Origin: Lysobacterales bacterium
Lineage (GTDB): Bacteria; Pseudomonadota; Gammaproteobacteria; Xanthomonadales; Xanthomonadaceae
Assembly: GCA_038242455.1 (NCBI GenBank)
Contig: JBBSSB010000001.1
Location: 15,069 to 79,068 of the forward strand
Length of the DNA stretch: 64,000 nt
Direction of reading: 5' to 3'
Part shown: piece by piece, positions 12,039 through 21,522 of the stretch
How the letters are laid out: every line of letters begins with the position of its first letter
Numbering within the stretch: position 1 is the stretch's first letter
The notes under the pieces: generated by a model
Databases searched by the model: none
Seen by the model: the letters and a program-made list of their open reading frames with translations, nothing else
What the model was told of the DNA's origin: nothing
Program-made: the position numbers and the translations under genes

Positions 12039-12643
12039 TCGGTCAGCAGCGCGGAGGCATCGGGACGCCGGCGCTCGGAAACCTCGCGCGCAGGTGTTCC
12101 CAGGTGGATGAAGCCGATCACGTGCTCGTGGGGGTCCAGTCCGAGCACCTCGGCCACGCCGCGATCGTAGGCGGCCCAACCCGTCAGCCAGCAGCCGCCA
12201 AAGCCGGTGGCCTGGGCGGCCTGAAGCAGTGCGAAGCCGGTGCATCCAGCGCTCAGCAACCGCTCCTGTTCGGGGATTTTCTCGTCGTGGCCGAGTTGCG
12301 CGACCAACACCACGATCACCGGCGCATGCAGGTAGCGGTCCAGATCCTTGGCAATCGCACCCTCGCTGGCGTCCGGGTCGGCTTGCCGATGGCGCTCGGC
12401 CAAGCGTTCGCCAAAGACGCGACGGGCATCGCCGCGCAGGCTGAGGAAGCGGAATGGCACCCGCGCGCCATGGTCGGGGACTCGCGATGCGCTTGCGAGG
12501 AGGCGAAGCAAGGTAGCCGAATCCGGTCCTGGCTCCTGAAGGTGCATGAACGGGACAGAGCGCCGTTTGTCCAGGTACGCCAAGGCTGCCAGCAGCGCTT
12601 CATCGCCGGATTGGCAGACGGACGCATCATTTTTGGGGGTCAT
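12026..12643 (-). CDS. Nitroreductase (YdjA-like)
   Basis: RRSVP, RVPDHG..VPFRF, KIPEQE, GFGGCWLTG, GFIHLGTP. Confidence 0.88.
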   Translation of the reverse strand: MTPKNDASVCQSGDEALLAALAYLDKRRSVPFMHLQEPGPDSATLLRLLASASRVPDHGARVPFRFLSLRGDARRVFGERLAERHRQADPDASEGAIAKDLDRYLHAPVIVVLVAQLGHDEKIPEQERLLSAGCTGFALLQAAQATGFGGCWLTGWAAYDRGVAEVLGLDPHEHVIGFIHLGTPAREVSERRRPDASALLTEWTP

Positions 12644-12748
12644 AAGTCACACTTCAGACAATAGTCAAGAAATCCGACCCATCTTGCCACTATGCTTCTA
12701 CACAGGTTCACGGATAACTGTCCGCGCCACCTCAGGCTTGGAGCATAC

Positions 12749-15109
12749 GTGTCTATTCCATCCGCCCGCGGCTTCCACGGTACACCGGTCGATCCGACGC
12801 GTGTATTGGAGGATATCAAGCGCCTAGTGCTTGAGCGTTTGGCTGGCTTGCCCGGAGAGTTCTACGCGGAACTCGATACCGCGCTGAGCGTGTCGGCCGA
12901 GGGCGCGGAGCGTGGCCACTCCCCACAGCTGATCTATCAAAGCCAAGCGGCACTGTGGATGTTGCGGCAGCATCATGCTGCCCACGTCATGCGTTATCGC
13001 CAGCAGATCGCGCAGGGCTTCGACGACTTCCGCTCCCGCCACGTACGTGACCGTCCCGAGCTGCCACTGGGGCTGATCGACGAGAGCCAGATCGATTTCC
13101 ACCTTGCGGGCCAAGCATTGGCGGCCAGTCTGGATCATCGGCACAGCAACCGCCTGGATGTCATGGGATCGCGGTTGAACATCCTGGCCAGCGCCCTGGG
13201 TGCTGATGCCGCTTTGAACCCGATCGGCCCAACGCGGTTGGCAACTGCATTTGTTGAAACGTTCCGGGACGAGCAGATCCCGGAAATCCTGCGTTTGCTG
13301 CTGTTTGAACACTACTCGGCTGCGCTGGAAGTGGTGCTGGGCGACCTGTACGACGCTGCGAACGATGCCCTTGCCCGGGGCGGCTACGCATCGCCGACCG
13401 ACCCGGTTCATATGCAGGCGCCGTCTCCGCCGCCGGAACACTTCGAAGAACCGCCCGCGTTTGGCAGCGATGGCGGCCGGGCGCCTTCTCGCGGTGGGCC
13501 TGCGTATCCGGGCGCGGCAGCTTCGGGATACGGGCAACCGGCTGGTTCAAGCGGATACACACAGGGCTCTTCAGGCGCTGGCGGCGGGCGCGCGGCACCA
13601 AGCTTCGGGCAGACGAGTTACGGCGGCGGGCCCGGCGCGGCACCTGGTGGCGACGCCGCAACGCCTGCCGAGCTGACAGAACTGCGAAGCATGTTGCATA
13701 ACTGGCGCGAAGGCCGGCGGGGCGCTGGAAGCGCGCTTCGGCCTGATGCTGCGTCCGCCGCGGCCTCTGCTGCCAGCGCGGGAGGGCGCCGCGAATTGCG
13801 TCTGGAGGAACTGGTAAACGTTGCTTCTCTGCTGCAGGCCGAGCCTGCGGATGCGTTCACGCGCGCGCTGGCTGGATCCAGCGGTTTGGCTGCGGTGATC
13901 CGGGACCAGCTCACCACTGGATCGCGACGCCTCGGACTTGACCCTGAGCAGACCAATTTCAGCGAGGAGGACGAGGATGCAATTGATCTGGTTGGATTGT
14001 TGTTTGATGCGCTTTTCCGCAGCCAACAATTGCAGGACCGCGCACGCCGGATGTATGCCCGCCTCGTGCTTCCGTTTGTCAAGGTCGCGCTGACCGACCA
14101 GCAATTGTTCGTAAGCCCGACCCACCCAGCGCGGCGACTGTTCGATGCGATCACCGAAGCGGTCGCCGGCAATCGCGGCGAAACGGCACAGGAGCGTGAG
14201 CTGCTGGATCGTGCAACGTCTATTTCGCAACGTGTTGTCGCGGAGTACACCGAGGATCTGGTGATCTTCGAAACCGCGCACCGCGAACTGGACGCGCTGC
14301 TGCAGCAGCAGCGGCGACGTATCGAGCTGCAGGAAGAGCGCGCCGCGAAGGCCACCAACGGCCGTGAGCGTCTCAACCATGCGCGTGAGCAGGCGGATGA
14401 TGTTCTTGAGCGTCGACTGTCAGCCCCGCCCCTGAGTCCAGCGATCGCCGAGTTTCTGCGCGGGTCCTGGCGCCACCACCTGGTCCAGACCTGGCTGCGC
14501 GATGGGGATGGCAGTGAGCGGCTGGCCGAGGCGATTTCCCTGGGCGATGCGCTGGTCAAAGCGGATCGGCTCGCCGCGGAAGGGCGTGGCGGCGAACTGG
14601 CTGATCACTTGTTGGGGCTGGAGTCGCGCATCGCCGAGTGTTTGAGCAGCTCCGGGCTGGATCAGGACGCGGCAGAGCATGGGCTGGCGATTCTGGTGAA
14701 GGGGTTGGTGTATCCCAATACGCCGCGCGACCTTTATCCGCCGCCTCCGCGGCAGGCGCAGGATGACGAGGATGAGCGCAGCCTCTGGTTGGATATTGAG
14801 GCCACCCCCCGTCCAAATCCTGCAAAGGTTGATGAGATCCGCGCCCTTGAAGCCGGCGAGTGGTTGCAGGTAACGGACCTGAAGGGTGAGTCCAGCGCGG
14901 TAAAAATCGCTTGGGTCAGTCCGTTGAGCGATCGCCGACTACTGGTCAATCGTCGCGGGTTGCGAATTCTGGTGGCCACGGTGGAAGAGCTCGCCGGATT
15001 GATGGCCGCTGGACGCCTGCAAGTCGGATGCGAGCCCACTGCGTTTGAGCAGGCGATGCAGCACGTGCGCGAGCAACTCGATCGCGGCGCAGATCCGGCG
15101 GCCACCTGA
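12749..15109 (+). CDS. DUF1631 family protein
   Basis: AIDLVGLLFD, LPFVKVAL.D..LF....HPARRL, C-terminal GEW...KIAWVSP.S.R.LLVNRRG; GTG start after GGAG. Confidence 0.8.
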   Translation: MSIPSARGFHGTPVDPTRVLEDIKRLVLERLAGLPGEFYAELDTALSVSAEGAERGHSPQLIYQSQAALWMLRQHHAAHVMRYRQQIAQGFDDFRSRHVRDRPELPLGLIDESQIDFHLAGQALAASLDHRHSNRLDVMGSRLNILASALGADAALNPIGPTRLATAFVETFRDEQIPEILRLLLFEHYSAALEVVLGDLYDAANDALARGGYASPTDPVHMQAPSPPPEHFEEPPAFGSDGGRAPSRGGPAYPGAAASGYGQPAGSSGYTQGSSGAGGGRAAPSFGQTSYGGGPGAAPGGDAATPAELTELRSMLHNWREGRRGAGSALRPDAASAAASAASAGGRRELRLEELVNVASLLQAEPADAFTRALAGSSGLAAVIRDQLTTGSRRLGLDPEQTNFSEEDEDAIDLVGLLFDALFRSQQLQDRARRMYARLVLPFVKVALTDQQLFVSPTHPARRLFDAITEAVAGNRGETAQERELLDRATSISQRVVAEYTEDLVIFETAHRELDALLQQQRRRIELQEERAAKATNGRERLNHAREQADDVLERRLSAPPLSPAIAEFLRGSWRHHLVQTWLRDGDGSERLAEAISLGDALVKADRLAAEGRGGELADHLLGLESRIAECLSSSGLDQDAAEHGLAILVKGLVYPNTPRDLYPPPPRQAQDDEDERSLWLDIEATPRPNPAKVDEIRALEAGEWLQVTDLKGESSAVKIAWVSPLSDRRLLVNRRGLRILVATVEELAGLMAAGRLQVGCEPTAFEQAMQHVREQLDRGADPAAT

Positions 15110-15226
15110 TCGCTGGTGAGGCGGGCGGCGCACGTTTGCCCGCTTACTTGGCTCCGATTGCAGTGCCTTCGCAAAATCAACGGCGCAACCGCTACGATGT
15201 CCCGACTCCGGACTAGGAACGCTTGC

Positions 15227-16366
15227 ATGACCATTACGATCGGCGTGGCACGCGAGACCGCGATTGGTGAACGCCGGGTACCTCTGGTTCCGGAAACGGC
15301 CAAAAAGCTCATAGCCTTGGGTGCGCAGATGCGCATTGAGCGGGGTGCTGGCAGCGGTGCAGGGTTCACTGACGCTGCCTATGCTGCGGTTGGTGTGCAA
15401 CTGGCCGATGATGCCAAGGCTGCCTTGGATGGTGTGGATATCGTGCTTTGCGTGCAGTCACCGTCGGACCCGATCCTGCGGAGCTTGTCGCCGGGAACGG
15501 TACTGGTCGGCCAGCTCGCAGCCCAAGCCGATGACGCACGCGCCGAGGCGATCAGTGGTGGCGGGCTGGTGGCGTTTCCGCTGGAACGGCTGCCGCGCAC
15601 CTCGCGAGCGCAGGCGATGGATGTACTTAGTTCACAGGCAGGAATGGCCGGCTACAAGGCAGTGTTGCTGGGTGCACAGCTTGCGCCGCGGTTCTTTCCG
15701 ATGCTGACAACCGCCGCCGGCACCATCCGCCCATCACGGGTACTGATCATTGGGGCTGGCGTGGCCGGTCTACAGGCGGTGGCGACCGCCAAGCGGCTCG
15801 GTGCGCAGGTGGAAGGTTTCGACGTACGTCCGGAGACCCGCGAGCAGATTGAATCGCTCGGCGGCAAGTTCCTTGACCTTGGGGTCAGCGCGACGGGAGA
15901 GGGCGGCTATGCGCGTCAACTTACCGAAGAGGAGCGCGCGGAGCAGCAACGCAGGCTCGGCGAGCACCTGAAACTGGTCGATGTGGTGGTGACCACCGCC
16001 GCAGTACCGGGTCGGCCGGCGCCGAAGATCCTCACTGCCGCCATGGTGGCGGGGATGCGCCCCGGCAGCGTAATTGTGGACCTCGCGGCGGAGAGCGGCG
16101 GCAATTGTGAATCGACACGGCCTGGCGAGACGCTGGACGTTGGCGGCGTTACGGTGGCCGGACCACTCAATTTGGCGAGTAGTGGGGCGACCCATGCGAG
16201 CGAGATGTTCGCGCGCAACGTGTTCAATTTTGTCAGCTTGTTCGTACGCGATGGATCGATCGAGTTCGACTGGAGCGACGAGTTGCTGGCGAAGACGGTC
16301 TGGCCGGAGCGCCCGCTGTCTGACCAGCTAGCGCCGCCGGTGCCGGAGCCGTCGACCAATGCCTAG
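15227..16366 (+). CDS. pntAA: NAD(P) transhydrogenase alpha subunit part 1 (soluble domain I)
   Basis: ERRVPLVP, PRTSRAQAMDVLSSQ, FPMLTTAAG, GAGVAGLQA, GEGGYA, DLAAESGGNC. Confidence 0.93.
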   Translation: MTITIGVARETAIGERRVPLVPETAKKLIALGAQMRIERGAGSGAGFTDAAYAAVGVQLADDAKAALDGVDIVLCVQSPSDPILRSLSPGTVLVGQLAAQADDARAEAISGGGLVAFPLERLPRTSRAQAMDVLSSQAGMAGYKAVLLGAQLAPRFFPMLTTAAGTIRPSRVLIIGAGVAGLQAVATAKRLGAQVEGFDVRPETREQIESLGGKFLDLGVSATGEGGYARQLTEEERAEQQRRLGEHLKLVDVVVTTAAVPGRPAPKILTAAMVAGMRPGSVIVDLAAESGGNCESTRPGETLDVGGVTVAGPLNLASSGATHASEMFARNVFNFVSLFVRDGSIEFDWSDELLAKTVWPERPLSDQLAPPVPEPSTNA

Positions 16367-16393
16367 GTTGGCGTAGCCGTGCCGCTCGCGGAC

Positions 16394-16825
16394 TCAGTGC
16401 GCAGGATCGTGCTCTGCTGACGCGGGATTGGCTTCCACCCACGATTTTCTCTGTTCCGGTGTCATTGCGCGCCATTTCTCATGAAGCGCGTTGCGGCCTT
16501 CCTGATCCATCCCGTGCATCTTGTTGTAGAGCGCTCGCGCCTCCACTCGTTGTTCTGGCGACATGTGCTTCCAGCGCTCTATGCCATGACGTGCGTGCTT
16601 GCGCTGCTCCGCTGTCATGGTGTCCCAGCGCTGTGCACGCTGGAGCATGCGCTCACGCCCGTCGCTGTCGCTGTTCCAGCGCTCACGAGTGGGTGCAATG
16701 AGCGTGTCACGGGTCTGCGCATCAAGCTGATCCCACTCCGGCATCGGGGGCTGGGAGGCGATGGCTGGCGCGGCGATCATGGCAGCCAGCAGCGCCAACG
16801 TAATCAAACTCACTGTGCGGTTCAC
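16394..16825 (-). CDS. DUF3106-like periplasmic protein
   Basis: Signal peptide, repeated W..M(T/S)(A/P)EQR units. Confidence 0.75.
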   Translation of the reverse strand: MNRTVSLITLALLAAMIAAPAIASQPPMPEWDQLDAQTRDTLIAPTRERWNSDSDGRERMLQRAQRWDTMTAEQRKHARHGIERWKHMSPEQRVEARALYNKMHGMDQEGRNALHEKWRAMTPEQRKSWVEANPASAEHDPAH

Positions 16826-17268
16826 GGGTATCGCTCCGTCGGAGTGGACAGCGCACCGTCATTGGCGGCCAACCACAGATAGAAGTCAGGGTTTTCGTCC
16901 AGTGCAGCAAGCAATTCACTGACCTCAGTATCGCCCGTGTCGAATGCCACCAGCGTTGAATCGGCCGAAGCCGCGGGAGTCGCCACCAGCGGGGTCGTTG
17001 CCGGCGTTGACAGCGGGGCGTTCTGGAATTGCAGGCCGGCGCCCAATGCCAGCGCCAGCACCGCAGCCGTCCCGGCCCAGGCCCATGCCGGGCCGTGTTT
17101 CTCGGAGCGATTCATTGACGCGGCATGACGCGCCGACTGCAGTCGGCTGCGCACCAAGGGCGAAACGTTTGCGACCGCTTCCGCGTGCTGTGCGCGCACG
17201 GCATGGTCGAAGCGGCTGTCAGGGCTTTCCGCGGTGCCCGGAGTTGTGATCGGTCCGTATTTGCTCAT
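16822..17268 (-). CDS. Putative single-pass membrane anti-sigma factor
   Basis: Downstream of ECF sigma with ATGA overlap; RSRLQSARHAA, TM segment, C-terminal LDENPDFYLWL. Confidence 0.7.
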   Translation of the reverse strand: MSKYGPITTPGTAESPDSRFDHAVRAQHAEAVANVSPLVRSRLQSARHAASMNRSEKHGPAWAWAGTAAVLALALGAGLQFQNAPLSTPATTPLVATPAASADSTLVAFDTGDTEVSELLAALDENPDFYLWLAANDGALSTPTERYP

Positions 17269-17873
17269 TTCCATTCCTCCAGATGCTTCTGCAGCGCAGC
17301 ACGTGCACGCGACAGGTGGGTCTTTACCGAACCTTCGCCGCAGCCCATAACGCGAGCCGTTGTCTCCACGTCCATTTCTTCCAGGATCCGCAGTGTGAAT
17401 GCTTCACGCTGACGGCGCGGCAGCAGATGCAGAGCCTCGGTTAAGCGCGCATAGCCTTCGCGGCCTTCATGGTGGCGAGCCGGATCGGGACCGTGATCCG
17501 GCCAATCCGGGATGCTGCCGTCATCGCGCTCCTGCGCCGGAGCCATCCAACGCAAGCGGAACGTGCGCCGTCGCTGAATATCAATAATGCGGCGGCGCAG
17601 GATGCTCCAGAACAGCGGTGTCCACTCGCTTATCGGACGCTGCTGATACTTCATCATTTTCATCATCGCGTCCTGCACCGCATCCAGCGCATCCTCGCGA
17701 TGGCGCAAGCCGATCTCGGCGAAGCGGAACGCACGCGTGCCCAGACCGGCGAGAAACTCGTCCAACGTGGCTGGCTCGCGCGCTGGCACGTCGACGTTCG
17801 TATCGAGACGATCGGCTTCGCCAGCGTCTGTAGGGACGGATGTTCTGAGGTCATTGGTCACAAAATCAAGCAT
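17265..17873 (-). CDS. ECF RNA polymerase sigma factor
   Basis: DALDAVQDAM (region 2), LPRRQREAF.LR..E......TARVMGCGEGSVKTHLSRAR (region 4); start uncertain. Confidence 0.9.
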   Translation of the reverse strand: MLDFVTNDLRTSVPTDAGEADRLDTNVDVPAREPATLDEFLAGLGTRAFRFAEIGLRHREDALDAVQDAMMKMMKYQQRPISEWTPLFWSILRRRIIDIQRRRTFRLRWMAPAQERDDGSIPDWPDHGPDPARHHEGREGYARLTEALHLLPRRQREAFTLRILEEMDVETTARVMGCGEGSVKTHLSRARAALQKHLEEWK

Positions 17874-18077
17874 ATACGGCCGGCGTCCGGTCGCTTGCGA
17901 CGTCAGCGTCGCAGGGTGGGTCACAGCGGTTGCTGCAGGTAGGGAAACGCCTGACTCGGACACTGGTTGACAGAGACGTGAGGTTTATCGCGTCTGGAAG
18001 ACAGTTTGCGGGCGCGGCCTGCAGCGTGGTTATGATGCAGCTCTATCGCGCGGGGAAGGATGATGGGCGAAGGGCTT

Positions 18078-18407
18078 ATGGTGCAGGCGTTTGCGATGCT
18101 CTACATCTTCATGCTGGCGGCAATTGCCGGGCATGTGATTATTTCCCGGGTTCCAGTGATCCTGCATACGCCGCTGATGTCGGGCTCAAACTTCATCCAC
18201 GGCATTGTCCTGATCGGCGCGATGATCGTGCTCGGACACGCCGACACCACGCTGGAGAAAGTGATCGGTTTTGTTGCCGTGCTGTTGGGGGCGGGCAACG
18301 CCGCCGGTGGTTATATCGTCACCGAACGCATGCTCGACATGTTCAAGCCCAGCGTTAAACGCGGGTCGGCCGAAGCATCCGCGAACAAGCCGGACGGACC
18401 GGCATGA
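18078..18407 (+). CDS. pntAB: NAD(P) transhydrogenase alpha subunit part 2 (membrane)
   Basis: VPVILHTPLMSGSNFIHG, GGYIVTERMLDMF. Confidence 0.92.
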   Translation: MVQAFAMLYIFMLAAIAGHVIISRVPVILHTPLMSGSNFIHGIVLIGAMIVLGHADTTLEKVIGFVAVLLGAGNAAGGYIVTERMLDMFKPSVKRGSAEASANKPDGPA

Positions 18408-19828
18408 GCGCGGTTGAGCTGCAGTCCCTGCTGGCAGCCACCAGCTATTTCATCGCTGCCACATTGTTCTTGCTTGGCATGCAGCGCATGGCCTCGCCGA
18501 AGACCGCGCGTAGCGGTATCCGCTGGGCAGGTGCCGGCATGTTGGTGGCCACCGCAGCGACGTTCCTGCTGCCGGAGCTGCACAACCTCGGTCTGATCAT
18601 CACCGCGCTGGTGATAGGCACGGTTGCCGCATGGGTGTCAGGCAAGAAAGTCGCGATCACCGATATGCCGCAGATGGTTGCGCTGTACAACGGGATGGGC
18701 GGTGGTGCCGCGGCTGCAATCGGTGCAGTCGAGTTGTTGCGCGCAGCATCGGCGGGTTCGGCTTTCCCGGGCGAAGCGGGTGGGCTAGCCACGCCTTTGT
18801 CCACATTTACGCTGACCCTTGCGGTGCTCGGTGCGGCAATCGGAGCGGTGTCGCTGTCCGGCTCGGTAATCGCATGGGCCAAGTTGGACGGGCGACTGGA
18901 TCGACGGGTGGTTTTTCCTGCCCAGCAAGCCTTCAGTGCGCTGGTGTTTGTCGCAATGGTGGTGGCTGGCGGATGGGCGGTGACCACGTTGCAGATGCCG
19001 GCGATCATCGCTTTCTTTGCGTTGGCGCTGTTGTTGGGTGTGCTGATGACGCTGCCGATCGGCGGCGCGGATATGCCGGTGGTGATCTCGCTGTACAACG
19101 CGCTGACCGGTCTTGCGGTCGCCTTCGAGGGTTTCGTGCTCGGCAACGAGGCGTTGATCATTGCCGGCACCATGGTCGGGGCTGCCGGCATGTTGCTGAC
19201 CCGTCTGATGGCCAAGGCGATGAATCGGCCGATCAGCGGGGTGCTGTTCTCGCACTTCGGTGGGGGCGGTGAAGCCCAGGAGATCAGCGGCTCGCAAAAA
19301 CCCATCGAGGCCGGTGATGTTGCAGCGATGATGGCCTTTGCGGAACGTGTAGTGATCGTACCGGGCTATGGCATGGCCGTAGCCCAAGCTCAGCACAAGG
19401 TATGGGAGCTGGCGCAACGCCTGATCGATCGTGGGGTGAAGGTGAAGTTCGCTATCCATCCCGTTGCCGGACGCATGCCAGGTCACATGAACGTGTTGCT
19501 GGCCGAGGCAGGCGTGCCCTACGACCTGATCGTCGACATGGACGACATCAACCCGGAGTTCCCGCAAACCGATGTGGTGCTGGTGATTGGCGCAAACGAC
19601 GTGGTGAACCCGGTCGCGCGGACCGATCCGGCCAGTCCGATTTACGGCATGCCGGTCCTGGATGTGGTGAATGCGCGAAATGCCGTGGTGATCAAACGCG
19701 GCAAGGGAACCGGTTTTGCGGGGATCGAGAATGCGCTGTTTTACGCTGACAACACCCGCATGCTGTACGGCGATGGTGCAGAGATGGCGGGCGCGCTCGT
19801 GTCGGAACTCAAGGCGCTTGACGCCTGA
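18404..19828 (+). CDS. pntB: NAD(P) transhydrogenase beta subunit
   Basis: MPQMVALYNG, IGGADMPVVISL, VPGYGMAVAQAQH, HPVAGRMPGHMNVLLAEA, GANDVVNP. Confidence 0.97.
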   Translation: MSAVELQSLLAATSYFIAATLFLLGMQRMASPKTARSGIRWAGAGMLVATAATFLLPELHNLGLIITALVIGTVAAWVSGKKVAITDMPQMVALYNGMGGGAAAAIGAVELLRAASAGSAFPGEAGGLATPLSTFTLTLAVLGAAIGAVSLSGSVIAWAKLDGRLDRRVVFPAQQAFSALVFVAMVVAGGWAVTTLQMPAIIAFFALALLLGVLMTLPIGGADMPVVISLYNALTGLAVAFEGFVLGNEALIIAGTMVGAAGMLLTRLMAKAMNRPISGVLFSHFGGGGEAQEISGSQKPIEAGDVAAMMAFAERVVIVPGYGMAVAQAQHKVWELAQRLIDRGVKVKFAIHPVAGRMPGHMNVLLAEAGVPYDLIVDMDDINPEFPQTDVVLVIGANDVVNPVARTDPASPIYGMPVLDVVNARNAVVIKRGKGTGFAGIENALFYADNTRMLYGDGAEMAGALVSELKALDA

Positions 19829-19837
19829 GGTCGGTCA

Positions 19838-20269
19838 TCAGCGGCTGGCGATTGCCGCGATAACGATTGCGACCCCGATACAGAGCAGATCCACGGGGCC
19901 ATTTGCGACACCCGCCAGGGTCCAAGCGTGATGCGAACCCAAGCGTAACGCCGAAGCCCACGGCGACATGCCCAGCATCCCGCCCAGATGGGCGGAGATG
20001 ATCCACCAGTTCGCCATTGCAGCGATCACGGCGGTCGACAAGCCGGCTACCAGCATCCGGCTGACGCCCGGACGCCATCCGCCAAGACGCAACACGATGA
20101 TCACGTCCAGCGCTCCCAAAACAGCCATCCAGCTGCTCAGCCGTCCGGTGGACAAGGCGAGCAAGGCCCAAGCGGCGGCAAAGCCGGAGACACCCAGCAC
20201 CAGCAGCAGCAGGGAGAGCAGGAAACGCGGTGCGCGATTTGCGCGTCCGTTGGATGGGGGCGAGGGCAT
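19838..20269 (-). CDS. Hypothetical multi-pass membrane protein
   Basis: About four hydrophobic segments; fills the gap between pntB and sufT. Confidence 0.65.
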   Translation of the reverse strand: MPSPPSNGRANRAPRFLLSLLLLVLGVSGFAAAWALLALSTGRLSSWMAVLGALDVIIVLRLGGWRPGVSRMLVAGLSTAVIAAMANWWIISAHLGGMLGMSPWASALRLGSHHAWTLAGVANGPVDLLCIGVAIVIAAIASR

Positions 20270-20367
20270 GGAGACAAGTCGGATCAGGCAGCTGCCCAGC
20301 ATAGCCGGTGGGCGTGCTGGCGCATATTGGACTAGAATGGTCCTACTTCAGCCAGCAGCCAGAACGC

Positions 20368-20925
20368 ATGTATTCCCGTAGCAGCGAACCCGTCCGTTTC
20401 GAGCGTGATTGTCCCGCCGTCCTCGTGCCTCAAGGCGACGAGGTCGAGCTTCCCGCAGGCTCCGTCGGTTACATCACCCAGGGTTTGGGTGGCAGCTATA
20501 CCGTCTTCGTTGACGGCAACCTGTTCCGCATCGCAGGCGAAGACGCAGATGCAATAGGCAAGGAGCCGACGCCTCCCTTGGAGTTGGCGGAAGGTGCCGA
20601 CGACGAGGCAGTGGAAAAGCTCGTGTGGTCGCAATTGCGGACCTGTTTTGATCCGGAAATCCCGATCAATGTGGTGGACCTCGGTCTTATCTACGAAGCC
20701 AAGGTTCTCCCGCATCCCGAACAGGCCGGGCAGCGTTTGGTCGAGGTGCGCATGACCCTGACCGCACCCGGGTGTGGCATGGGCGAGGTTCTGATTTCTG
20801 ATGTCAGTGACAAGCTCAAGCTGATTCCAACCGTGGTGGACACGGATGTGGAGCTGGTGTTTGAGCCGCCATGGACCCAGCACATGATGTCCGAGGCGGC
20901 ACGCTTGGAAACCGGCATGTTCTGA
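20368..20925 (+). CDS. sufT: Fe-S cluster assembly protein SufT (DUF59/PaaD-like)
   Basis: ITQGLGGSYTV, TCFDPEIPINVVDLGLIY, MTLTAPGCGMG, LVFEPPW..MMSEAARLETG. Confidence 0.9.
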   Translation: MYSRSSEPVRFERDCPAVLVPQGDEVELPAGSVGYITQGLGGSYTVFVDGNLFRIAGEDADAIGKEPTPPLELAEGADDEAVEKLVWSQLRTCFDPEIPINVVDLGLIYEAKVLPHPEQAGQRLVEVRMTLTAPGCGMGEVLISDVSDKLKLIPTVVDTDVELVFEPPWTQHMMSEAARLETGMF

Positions 20926-21001
20926 AGCGGCTATCCGCTCGCAGTCATCTTCGCTCAGGCATCATCGGTCCTTGGACCCATTGGATGGACTGGAGGAGAG
21001 C

Positions 21002-21502
21002 ATGTATGCCACATCTGTCATTTTCACGCGCCGGCGCCTTGTCGCGTCGGTTGCCCTTGCTGCGGTGGTTGTCTTGAGCGGCTGTGCAGCTGCCGGTAAC
21101 GGCGCGGTCGGTGATCCCCAAGCCACTGGCGATATCACCGATGTAGGTGCTGCGTCCGGCCCTAGTGCAGACTCGGCTCACTTCGACCAGCTTCCGGCTG
21201 ACGGCCAGTTCCAGCGCTTTATCGTCAAATACCGCGCCGACAGTGCGCCGGGCCGCACTCCCGAGGCGGCGCGCGAGCGGCTGACCTCCATGCAGGCGAG
21301 CTCGGGGATCCAGCTGGAATGGTTGCGGCGACTTGGCGTGGACGCCGACGTCATCAAGGCGGATCGCCCGCTCGACCGTAAAGCAGCGGCGGCGTTGATG
21401 GATCGCTTTTCCGCCGATCCCGACGTGGAATACATCGAGATTGACGGGGTCCTCACCATTCGCAGCAATGTGGATGTGCCTCCGGTGAAACCCCTCGGGT
21501 AA
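21002..21502 (+). CDS. Lipoprotein consisting of a subtilase (S8) propeptide/I9-like domain only
   Basis: GGAG RBS; lipobox VLSG-C; QRFIVKYR...LRRL...VIKADRPLDR..A..LM.RFSADPDVEYIEID matches Xanthomonadaceae extracellular protease prodomains; stop follows immediately. Confidence 0.75.
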   Translation: MYATSVIFTRRRLVASVALAAVVVLSGCAAAGNGAVGDPQATGDITDVGAASGPSADSAHFDQLPADGQFQRFIVKYRADSAPGRTPEAARERLTSMQASSGIQLEWLRRLGVDADVIKADRPLDRKAAAALMDRFSADPDVEYIEIDGVLTIRSNVDVPPVKPLG

Positions 21503-21522
21503 TACCCGCGCCGCTCGTTGTT

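Noticed and set aside
16394-17963. ECF cassette as a mobile element inserted in pntA
   Set aside because: No transposase, integrase, terminal repeats or visible compositional shift; both pntA parts are complete genes
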